From positions 4,880-68,879 of the forward strand of contig JADIMS010000011.1 in assembly GCA_017694555.1 (NCBI GenBank): 64,000 nucleotides of DNA, read 5' to 3'. Position 1 is the stretch's first letter; every line of letters begins with the position of its first letter. A program made the translations under genes and the position numbers. The notes under the pieces are model-generated. The model was not told where the DNA came from. It ran no database searches and saw only the letters and a list, made by a program, of their open reading frames with translations. Shown here in pieces: positions 18,662 through 26,142 of the stretch. The stretch is from Candidatus Avitreponema avistercoris (GTDB lineage Bacteria > Spirochaetota > Spirochaetia > Treponematales > Treponemataceae).

Positions 18662-19395
18662 GCTTCCTCCGTGGAAATAATATAGCCGATGCCGCGCAGG
18701 GTTTTGATGAGCGATCCGTCTTTCCTGTCTCCGTCCAGTTTGGAACGGAGATACCGCACATAAACGTCCACGGAATTGGCCTCGATAAAATGGTCGGTTC
18801 CCCATACAAAATCGATGATCTGGTCCCGGCTCATCGCCTTGCCGCGGTTGGAAAGCAGGCAGAGCAAAAGCATATATTCGGTGCGGGTGAGCGCGACCTC
18901 TTTGCCGCCCCGTGTGACGCGGCAGGCTTCGGGATCCAGCTCGATGTCGCGGACGGCAAGTTTCCCCGCAGGCATATTCCCTTTTTCCGGCACGGAACGC
19001 CGGAGCATCCGCCGGACACGCGCCAGCAGTTCTTCAATGGCAAAAGGCTTGGTAATGTAGTCGTCGGCTCCAGCGTCCAGCGCGGTGACGGCGTCCGCGG
19101 TATCGTCTTTCGCTGTGACCACAATCACCGGGATTTCCGATTCCCGGCGCAGGCGGCGCAATACCTCAATTCCGTTAAGCGCGGGAAGCATGATGTCCAG
19201 CAGCACAAGGTCAAACCCGCCGCCGGTGCAAAGCTCCAGCCCCGTCCGGCCGTCTGCGGCTGTTCCGGTTTCATAACCTTCGTGTTCCAGTTCCAGCCGC
19301 AAAAAAGACGAAACTCCCCCGTCGTCTTCCACAATGAGGATTTTCTTTTTTTTATTGTCCGTCCCGCTCAAAGGCCCTCCCGCCGTTTTTATCAT
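18658..19395 (-). CDS. OmpR-family response regulator
   Basis: The receiver has KILIVEDD...DLVLLDIMLP. The C-terminus is winged-helix (LTRTEYMLLLCLL...IKTLRGIGY). The first ATG is 19395; the listed ORF starts at TTG 19419. Confidence 0.85.
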   Translation of the reverse strand: MIKTAGGPLSGTDNKKKKILIVEDDGGVSSFLRLELEHEGYETGTAADGRTGLELCTGGGFDLVLLDIMLPALNGIEVLRRLRRESEIPVIVVTAKDDTADAVTALDAGADDYITKPFAIEELLARVRRMLRRSVPEKGNMPAGKLAVRDIELDPEACRVTRGGKEVALTRTEYMLLLCLLSNRGKAMSRDQIIDFVWGTDHFIEANSVDVYVRYLRSKLDGDRKDGSLIKTLRGIGYIISTEEA

Positions 19396-19870
19396 ACCAA
19401 TACCAGTATACGAATTCAAGGTCGTCGTCCCGTTCGTATTCCTGTCCGTCCCCCAGAAAAACCGGGGGGATGGTTTCGATTTCCGTTCCGTTGGCAGAAA
19501 GCAGGCCGCGTACTTCTACCGCGACCGTCCTGCCCCGCCAGTCTTCCGGTTCCAGAATGAGGATCTTTGTCCCTTTGCGCGAAATCCGGTACGGGACGTC
19601 TCCGGACATGGGCTGTCCGTCAATGAAAATGCAGCCGGCAGAGACGGATGCCGGATCGAGCGGCCAGTTGAATTCCAGCTCCATTTCGCCGTCTTCCCGT
19701 TCGATTTCTTCAATGTAAAAGTATGTAACGAACGGATAGTGGTTGCGCCCTGTCCTGTCCGGCGTTTCCGGAAAAGCCGGATCCGCCGCGGTACAGGCTG
19801 CGGCCGTGAGAAAGAGTACGGCGCGGAACGCCGGTTTTATGCTGCGCCGAAAAAATCCGTATTTTCCCAT
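19352..19870 (-). CDS. putative lipoprotein, first gene of the two-component operon
   Basis: Signal peptide with lipobox LTAAAC. The body is beta-rich with no recognised domain. Its 3' end overlaps the regulator's start. Confidence 0.55.
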   Translation of the reverse strand: MGKYGFFRRSIKPAFRAVLFLTAAACTAADPAFPETPDRTGRNHYPFVTYFYIEEIEREDGEMELEFNWPLDPASVSAGCIFIDGQPMSGDVPYRISRKGTKILILEPEDWRGRTVAVEVRGLLSANGTEIETIPPVFLGDGQEYERDDDLEFVYWYWYDKNGGRAFERDGQ

Positions 19871-19981
19871 TCCCGGAAAGTATATCCCCGGGCGTACCGG
19901 TTTACATTAAAAGAAAATGAAAATTAAGCGGGCGCAGGCGCGGAACGGATGGCGGGCGTATAAAACGGCAGGCAGGGCGGA

Positions 19982-20947
19982 TTAATTCAGCCCGGTGTCT
20001 TCCGGGATACCCAGCATAATGTTGAGGCATTGCACTGCCGCGCCGGATGCGCCTTTCCCCAGGTTGTCAAAGCGGGCGGTGAGGATAACGCGTTCGTTGT
20101 TGCCGGAAACAACCAGCTCCATGCGGTTGGTTCCGGCCAGGTTGTTGGCGGCGATAAAGCCGCCCAGCCCGGCGGCGTCATCTGCGGCGTTTTCCCCGGC
20201 AAACGGCAGGCAGCGTACAAAACGGCTTTCGTCGTAGTGTGCGGCCAGGATTTCGCGGATATTTTCCGCCGTCACGGATTTTGCCAGAAGCCGCGTATGC
20301 AGGGGCACGGTGACAGCCATGCCGCAAAAAAAGTCGCAGATATACGGGTTGAAGACGGGGTCAAAGGCGAGTCCGGCTATCATCCGCATTTCGGGCAGGT
20401 GTTTGTGGCGCTGCGTCAGGGCATACTGGCGCGGGGCGTCCAGATCCGGCGTCCGGTTCGGGTCTTCGTATTGGGCAACGGCTTTTTTTCCTGCGCCGCT
20501 GTAGCCGGAAACCGCGTGGCAGACAACCGGATAATCCGGCGGCAGCACGCCTGCCCGGACAAGCGGCCGGCATAACGCCAGAAAACCGCTGGCGTAGCAT
20601 CCGGGTACGGCAACCTGCGCGGCTTCTGCAATCCTTGTGCGGAATTCCGGCGCAAGTTCCGGAAAACCGTACGCCCAGTCCGGGGCCGTGCGGTGCGCTG
20701 TGGATGCATCCAGAATCCGGGTGGCGGGATTGGTCCGCAGGGCAACGGCTTCCCGTGCGGCGGCGTCCGGCAGGCACAGGAACGTGAAGTCCGATGCGTT
20801 GATGCATGCTGCACGCGCTTCCGGGTTTTTGCGTTCGTTTTCGTCAATACGGATGAGCGTAATGTCGTCACGCCCTGCAAAGCGTTCCCGGATTTTCAGC
20901 CCGGTGGTTCCTTCCTGTCCGTCAATAAAGACTTTTGCTAAAGCCAT
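19982..20947 (-). CDS. argC: N-acetyl-gamma-glutamyl-phosphate reductase
   Basis: MALAKVFIDGQEGTTGLKI N-terminus and active-site PGCYASG. I chose the start at 20947 because the longer ORF (to 21028) runs into the SRP RNA. Confidence 0.88.
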   Translation of the reverse strand: MALAKVFIDGQEGTTGLKIRERFAGRDDITLIRIDENERKNPEARAACINASDFTFLCLPDAAAREAVALRTNPATRILDASTAHRTAPDWAYGFPELAPEFRTRIAEAAQVAVPGCYASGFLALCRPLVRAGVLPPDYPVVCHAVSGYSGAGKKAVAQYEDPNRTPDLDAPRQYALTQRHKHLPEMRMIAGLAFDPVFNPYICDFFCGMAVTVPLHTRLLAKSVTAENIREILAAHYDESRFVRCLPFAGENAADDAAGLGGFIAANNLAGTNRMELVVSGNNERVILTARFDNLGKGASGAAVQCLNIMLGIPEDTGLN

Positions 20948-21011
20948 TGCGCCCTGCCTGCTGCCGCTGCGCGGAAATCGGAAAACAAAAACCGGCCGGG
21001 TAAACTCTTTG

Positions 21012-21118
21012 GGGAAGCCCAGGTACACTACGGCACAAGAACGGACAATCTACCGTTGCTTCCTTCCGGATCTGGCGGGGTTTGAAAGCCGTTCTTTGCA
21101 TAGGACCTGGGCTGACCG
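21012..21118 (-). ncRNA. ffs: signal recognition particle RNA (small 4.5S type)
   Basis: The minus strand reads ...AGCCCAGGUCCUAUGCAAAGAACGG...CCGCCAGAUCCGGAAGGAAGCAACGGUAG...CCGUUCUUGUGCCGUAGUGUACCUGGGCU. The conserved domain IV motif GGAAGGAAGCA sits in the middle of a long hairpin. The ends are approximate. Confidence 0.75.
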
Positions 21119-21150
21119 AAAAAGTCCGCCGCCGGCCGGCTCTGGTTTTA

Positions 21151-21235
21151 CGGAGAGAGGGGGATTCGAACCCCCGGTACCTTTCGGTACACAGCCTTTC
21201 CAAGACTGCACCATCGACCGCTCGGACATCTCTCC
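21151..21235 (-). tRNA. tRNA-Ser (anticodon GGA), class II with long variable arm
   Basis: Hand-folded. Acceptor GGAGAGA/TCTCTCC, anticodon stem CAGTC/GGCTG, loop TTGGAAA, T-loop GGTTCGAATCC. CCA is not encoded. Confidence 0.88.
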
Positions 21236-21277
21236 AGAGGGCGGCATTGCCGCAAATTTTCTCCGGTTTTGAAATTA

Positions 21278-21362
21278 CGGAGAGAGGGGGATTCGAACCC
21301 CCGATACCTGACGGTATAACGGTTTTCGAGACCGCCCGATTCAGCCGCTCTCGCATCTCTCC
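21278..21362 (-). tRNA. tRNA-Ser (anticodon CGA)
   Basis: Hand-folded. Acceptor GGAGAGA, anticodon stem GCGGT/ACCGT, loop CTCGAAA, long variable arm. Confidence 0.88.
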
Positions 21363-21393
21363 AGCGATTCGGCCCGGAGACCCGAACCCGCTA

Positions 21394-21467
21394 CGAGACT
21401 GAGAGGATTCGAACCTCCGGCCTTCAGATCCGCAATCTGACGCTCTATCCAGCTGAGCTACAGTCTC
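21394..21467 (-). tRNA. tRNA-Arg (anticodon GCG)
   Basis: GAGACTG TA GCTC AGCTGGATA GAGC G TCAGA TTGCGGA TCTGA AGGCC GGAGG TTCGAAT CCTCT CAGTCTC G. A20, C35 and G36 are consistent with Arg identity. Confidence 0.85.
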
Positions 21468-21472
21468 ATTTC

Positions 21473-21560
21473 CGGAGCAGGGGGGATTCGAACCCCCGGA
21501 ACCCTTTTGGGGATCAACTCCTTAGCAGGGAGCCCGATTCGGCCACTCTCGCACCGCTCC
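21473..21560 (-). tRNA. tRNA-Ser (anticodon GCU)
   Basis: Hand-folded. Acceptor GGAGCGG/CTGCTCC, anticodon stem GCTCC/GGAGT, loop CTGCTAA, long variable arm. Confidence 0.88.
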
Positions 21561-21583
21561 ATTCCGTTATACGGTATCCGTTC

Positions 21584-21668
21584 CGGAGCAGGGGGGATTC
21601 GAACCCCCGGTACCTTCCGGCACAACGGTTTTCAAGACCGCCTCCTTAAACCGCTCGGACACCGCTCC
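21584..21668 (-). tRNA. tRNA-Ser (anticodon UGA)
   Basis: Hand-folded. Acceptor GGAGCGG, anticodon stem GCGGT/ACCGT, loop CTTGAAA, long variable arm. Confidence 0.88.
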
Positions 21669-21681
21669 AAACGTGAACTTT

Positions 21682-21710
21682 ACGATACCGGAAAACAGCA
21701 GGGTTGTCAA
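21682..21710 (-). promoter_or_regulatory. candidate promoter of the tRNA cluster
   Basis: On the minus strand: TTGACA (21710-21705), a 17-nt spacer, then TATCGT (21687-21682). The first tRNA starts ~14 nt downstream. Confidence 0.5.
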
Positions 21711-21757
21711 GAGGAAACGCGGACAGTGCCGTCCATTATCAGCGGCGGTGTGCACAC

Positions 21758-23083
21758 TCAAGACTGCGCCGGTTCCAGCGTGAAAAACCGCGTTGTGCCG
21801 GTTCCGCCGCCTTCCGCCTGCGCCGCGCGGGCAAGGCGTTCGCGCGTAATGTTCCGGCAAATGCCGTTTTCGCCGCTGGTGCAGAGGATAAAGCGCCGCT
21901 GCCCGCCGTCCTCGCGGTTCAGGCGCATCACAGCCTGTCCGGTGGTACCGCTGCCGGCGAAAAAATCCAGCACGAGGGAGTCTTTTTTGGATGCGGCGTC
22001 CACAAGGAATTTGACGAGTTCCACGGGTTTGGGATATTCAAAATCCGTGATGCCCAGCGCTTCCAGATCCTTTTTCCCTTCTTCCGAGAGGATTTTGACA
22101 ATCGAATAGAGTTTGGAGCGCGACTGCGAAAGGTTTTCGTAGCGGCAGACGCGGTGTAACCCGCCGTCCTGTTCTGCCTGTTCCAGAAAATATTCGCCGG
22201 CAGCGAGTTTTGCGTCCACTTCGCGTTTTTTCGCCGCGCCCTTGTATGTTTCGATTTCTTCGTAGAAACAGCGCCGGTCGGAATCCTTCCCGTATTTGCC
22301 GAATGATTTGCGCAGAAAGTCGTCGTTTTTGACGCAGCGTTCGCCATTCACCAGAACCGTCTTTTTCTGTACGACTTTCCGGCGGGAAAGGTCCGCACGG
22401 CTGAGATCCGCGGCGTAAACGAGGATGTAGTCGTGGCCGCGCACCAGATGTTTTGCCTGTCCGCCGCCTTTTGCGCGCTGGTGGATCATGGTTCCGGCGC
22501 AGTTTTCTTCGCCGAAAATGCCGTCGCAGAGGATTTTGAGCCGCGCCTGTTCGTTGTCGTCGATGCTGATGAACAGCACGCCCCGTTCCGACAGCAGGGG
22601 CTTTGCGGCTTTGAGCCGCTGTTCCATAAAGGCGAGCCACGGCCCGTGCCGGTCTGTTCCGGCGCGGAATCTGTCGCCGTATACAAAGCCGTTTTTTCCC
22701 GTGTTGTACGGTGGATCGATGTACATGACGTCGATTTTTCCGGCGTAGGTTTTTTGGAGCAGGCGCAGGACCGGAAGGTTGTCGCCTTCGATCAGAAGGT
22801 TTTCCGGTCCGTCCGGGTTCCCCGGAACGGAAAGCGCGCTTTCTTCACGCAGGCAGAACGCGCCTGTCTGCCGTGGCAGATCTGCCTGCTGCGGCAGACC
22901 TGCCGCGGCAGACAAGTTTTCCGCCGCTTGCCGGCCGGCGGATTCCCTTGCCTGCCCGGCCAGCCGCCGGAAACCGGAAGCCAGCGCTTCCAGGCTTTCC
23001 GGGGAGAGCGTTCCGGCACGGAGCGTTTCACCGGCTGCCTGTAAGGCGGCAAGGACTTCCGCGCGGAGCGTTCCGTCTTCCAT
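21758..23083 (-). CDS. DNA methyltransferase, Type III Mod-like / PF01555 beta-class, with an Ala/Leu-rich ~100 aa N-terminal extension
   Basis: Motifs VMYIDPPYNTGKNGFVY and LVLDFFAGSGTTGQAV are present. There is no res or helicase-nuclease gene on either side. Confidence 0.85.
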   Translation of the reverse strand: MEDGTLRAEVLAALQAAGETLRAGTLSPESLEALASGFRRLAGQARESAGRQAAENLSAAAGLPQQADLPRQTGAFCLREESALSVPGNPDGPENLLIEGDNLPVLRLLQKTYAGKIDVMYIDPPYNTGKNGFVYGDRFRAGTDRHGPWLAFMEQRLKAAKPLLSERGVLFISIDDNEQARLKILCDGIFGEENCAGTMIHQRAKGGGQAKHLVRGHDYILVYAADLSRADLSRRKVVQKKTVLVNGERCVKNDDFLRKSFGKYGKDSDRRCFYEEIETYKGAAKKREVDAKLAAGEYFLEQAEQDGGLHRVCRYENLSQSRSKLYSIVKILSEEGKKDLEALGITDFEYPKPVELVKFLVDAASKKDSLVLDFFAGSGTTGQAVMRLNREDGGQRRFILCTSGENGICRNITRERLARAAQAEGGGTGTTRFFTLEPAQS

Positions 23084-23110
23084 ATCCGTGCCCGGAAATC
23101 CGTGTCCGGA

Positions 23111-24547
23111 TTAGCGTCCGGCAGCCGGCGTACCGGGCGCCGGGATTCCTTCCCGCATGGGCCGGATTTCCCGCCGGAACACGAGCCGCATGTAAATTAC
23201 GCAGAGGATAAACGAAACCAGCTCGGCAATGGGAAATGCCAGCCAGATCAGGTTGATGTTGCCGCTGAGGGACAGCAGGTAAGCCACGGGCAGAATGACA
23301 ATCAGCTGCCGGATGGCAGAGATTGAAAGGCTCAGAAAACCGTGCGAAAATGCCTGCAGCACCGACGTTGTGATGACGCTGAATCCTGCCAGCAAAAAGC
23401 TGAACGAAATGATGCGCAGCGCCGGGCGGCCGATTTCCAGCATACGCGCCGAAGCGTTGAAAATCCCCAGAAGCAGGCCCGGAAAAATCTGGAACACCAA
23501 AAAGCCGGCAATCATGATCCCGGTAGCGTACATCACGCTCAGTTTGATGGTTTTTGTGATTCTGTCCGGGTTCCGCGCGCCGAAGTTATAGGCAATAATC
23601 GGCACCATTCCGTTGTTCAGCCCGAAAACCGGCATGAATACAAAACTTTGCAGCTTGAAGTAGACGCCGAAGACCGCTGCCGCCGTCGAAGAAAAGACGA
23701 TCAGAATCTTGTTCAGGATGAACGTCATCACGGAGCCGATGGCCGCGAGGATGATGGAAGGCACGCCGACAAGGTAAATGTTGCGGATAATCCGTCCTTC
23801 GGGGCGGAATTTACGGAATGAAATCGTAATTTCCTTGTTTTTGAACCGGTTGAACAAAATGGCCAGCACGGCTGCGATAATCTGCCCCATGACGGTGGCG
23901 GCTGCGGCGCCGGCGGTTTCCATGCGCGGAAAACCGAACAGACCGAAGATGAAAACCGGGTCAAAGATAATATTGATGATGGCGCCGATACTCTGCGTAA
24001 TCATTGTATAGAAGGTTTTCCCGGTGGACTGGAGCAGCCGCTCGGCGGTTATCTGGAAAAACAGGCCGAATGACAATACCGTACAGATGACAAGGTAATC
24101 GGTTCCCTGCCGGACGATTTCTTCCCGGTTTACCGGATCGGTGAGCGCCATATCCGCAGTCTGCACTTCAAAGAAAATGCGCGAAAAAAAGACGCCCAAT
24201 ACGGCAAAAACCGCATAGCTGCAAAACGCCAGGAAAACCGCGTTGTCTGCGGTTTTGTTTGCCCGTTCAAAGTTTTTTTCACCCAGGCTTTTGGAAAGCA
24301 GCGCGTTTACGCCGACGCCGGTTCCGGTGGCGACTGCAATCATCAGGTTTTGCGCGGGAAATGCAAGCGAAACCGCCGTCAGCGCATTTTCGCTCAGCTG
24401 CGCCACAAACATACTGTCTACAATGTTGTACAGCGCCTGTACCAGCATGGAAATCATCATCGGGATGGACATGCTGATCAGCAGCCGGTTGACGGGCATC
24501 ACGCCCATCTTGTTTTCGGGGCGCGGTTCAATCCGGGTGTCGCTCAC
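23111..24547 (-). CDS. MATE-family efflux transporter
   Basis: 12-TM pattern. The N-terminus ENKMGVMPVNRLLISMSIPMMISMLVQALYNIVDSMFV is typical of MATE. I prefer GTG 24547 as the start: AAGGAGG lies 6 nt upstream and it forms a GTGA overlap with the upstream stop. The listed ORF starts at 24586. Confidence 0.85.
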   Translation of the reverse strand: MSDTRIEPRPENKMGVMPVNRLLISMSIPMMISMLVQALYNIVDSMFVAQLSENALTAVSLAFPAQNLMIAVATGTGVGVNALLSKSLGEKNFERANKTADNAVFLAFCSYAVFAVLGVFFSRIFFEVQTADMALTDPVNREEIVRQGTDYLVICTVLSFGLFFQITAERLLQSTGKTFYTMITQSIGAIINIIFDPVFIFGLFGFPRMETAGAAAATVMGQIIAAVLAILFNRFKNKEITISFRKFRPEGRIIRNIYLVGVPSIILAAIGSVMTFILNKILIVFSSTAAAVFGVYFKLQSFVFMPVFGLNNGMVPIIAYNFGARNPDRITKTIKLSVMYATGIMIAGFLVFQIFPGLLLGIFNASARMLEIGRPALRIISFSFLLAGFSVITTSVLQAFSHGFLSLSISAIRQLIVILPVAYLLSLSGNINLIWLAFPIAELVSFILCVIYMRLVFRREIRPMREGIPAPGTPAAGR

Positions 24548-25173
24548 GGTGCGCCTCCTTCTGCAGAAAGATCCTCCTCTTTCCATTCCCAGCGTTTGGC
24601 CGTTTCGATGATGATGTCTGCCGAAAGGTCAATGCCGATGGAGCTGTCGAGCATCAGGTTGTAGTTGCGGTGGTCTCCCCAGCGGAAGTCGGCAAAAGCG
24701 TTGTAATACGAAGAGCGCTGTTTGTCGCATTTGTCCAGATAGGCGGAAAGATTGCTGCCGGTTCCTTCTTCTTTGTATTCTTCCACAATGCGGCGGATCC
24801 GCTCTTCTTTCGGCGCATACACAAACACGCGCAGCAGGTTTTTCATTTTGCGGAGCACATGGTCGCCGCAGCGTCCGACAATCACGCAGGGGCCTTCCTG
24901 CACCACTTGCTGGATAACGTGCGCCTGCGCCAGATACACCTGGTCGATGATGGAGACGTTCGTACTGGAGAGGTACAGATTGTACAGGAAAGTGCTTGTG
25001 CGCCGTTTTTCGGCGTCGGCAATGAAATCCGGCGAAAGGCCGCTTTCCTGCGCGGCAATGTCGATAATCGTTTTGTCGTACACCGGAATGTCCAGGGCTT
25101 TCCCGATTTTCTGTGCAATGATGCGTCCGCCGGAACCGTGTTCCCGGGCGATGGTAATAACTGGATATTTCAT
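24544..25173 (-). CDS. cytidylate-kinase-like family protein (PF13189-like P-loop protein)
   Basis: The N-terminus MKYPVITIAREHGSGGRIIAQKIGKALDIPVYDK matches the family. ATG 25173 is preceded by GAGAGGGA. Confidence 0.75.
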   Translation of the reverse strand: MKYPVITIAREHGSGGRIIAQKIGKALDIPVYDKTIIDIAAQESGLSPDFIADAEKRRTSTFLYNLYLSSTNVSIIDQVYLAQAHVIQQVVQEGPCVIVGRCGDHVLRKMKNLLRVFVYAPKEERIRRIVEEYKEEGTGSNLSAYLDKCDKQRSSYYNAFADFRWGDHRNYNLMLDSSIGIDLSADIIIETAKRWEWKEEDLSAEGGAP

Positions 25174-25365
25174 GAATCCCTCTCTGTGTTTGGAAACGCG
25201 CACGCAGAAAACGGGCGCGCGGAAATGCAGACCGCAATTCAGGCTATAATATATGGAATTTGATTTTATTTTGCAATCGGAAGGCGGAATTTGCTGCGGT
25301 TTCCCGGAAAACAGGCGCATTCCGTGCCGATTGACGGATTGCCTTCTTTTTGCTTTACTGTCTGT

Positions 25366-26082
25366 ATGAAGAAATCCGCGCGTTTTTTGCTTTTGTTCTG
25401 CGTACTGGCGGCTGCCGTCTGTCCGCCGTCGTTTTCCCAGGAACAGATTACGACCGTGGACACGTTTTTTTCTTCCGTTTCGGACGTGTATGCCGGTTTA
25501 AGCGATTATTCCGCCAATATTGCCATTTCTTACGGGAGTTCTTCTTCGGGAGAAGAAATGACCGGGCGGGTTATTTACAAGTCGCCCAATTTGATGCGGA
25601 TTGACTTTATTTCTCCGGCTGACCAGACGATTGTGTTTGACGGCAATGTGCTGACGGTGTACCTCCCTGCGCCGTACAATGCGGTGCTGACGCAGGCTGT
25701 GGAGGAGCCGTCTGACGGGGACAGCCCGGCCGGCGGCGCGTCCCTGGCTACGCCGGGCGGACTTTCGCTGATGCGCCGGTATTATTCCATCGCCTATGAA
25801 ACCGGTCCGGATCCGGTGCCGCTGGAAGAAGGCTCCCGTGTGCGGGTGATTGCCCTGTCGCTGACCCGGCGCTCCACTACCGAAATGTTCCGCACAATCC
25901 GGCTGCTGGTGGATCCGCGTACCCGGCTGATCCGGCGTATTCAGGCGGAAACCATCACCGGCGCAACCATCCGGTTTACGTTTTCTGATTATTCGCTCAA
26001 CCAGGGAATTCCGGATACGCGTTTTGTTTATGATTCCCCGTCTTCGGCCAATGTGTACGATAATTTTCTGTTTAACGAGTAG
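25366..26082 (+). CDS. LolA-like outer-membrane lipoprotein carrier/sorting protein
   Basis: Signal peptide MKKSARFLLLFCVLAAAVCPPSFSQ. The body has LolA-like pattern (GRVIYKSPNLMRIDF...IVFDGNVLTVYLP). Confidence 0.7.
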   Translation: MKKSARFLLLFCVLAAAVCPPSFSQEQITTVDTFFSSVSDVYAGLSDYSANIAISYGSSSSGEEMTGRVIYKSPNLMRIDFISPADQTIVFDGNVLTVYLPAPYNAVLTQAVEEPSDGDSPAGGASLATPGGLSLMRRYYSIAYETGPDPVPLEEGSRVRVIALSLTRRSTTEMFRTIRLLVDPRTRLIRRIQAETITGATIRFTFSDYSLNQGIPDTRFVYDSPSSANVYDNFLFNE

Positions 26083-26142
26083 CGGCCAGCCGCAGCGGTT
26101 GCCGGTACCTGTATAGAAAGAAAAAGAGAGTGATTTGGTAAT

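Noticed and set aside
20948-21028. A longer argC ORF starting at 21028.
   Set aside because: The extension overlaps the 3' half of the SRP RNA hairpin. The protein alignment pattern begins at MALAKVFIDGQEGTTG.
21758-23083. The possibility that the Mod-like methyltransferase marks a Type III restriction-modification or other defence island next to the tRNA cluster.
   Set aside because: There is no res, helicase or nuclease gene, no integrase, and no direct repeat of a tRNA end. The gene lies on the 5' side of the tRNAs, not at a 3' attachment site. Its composition looks native.
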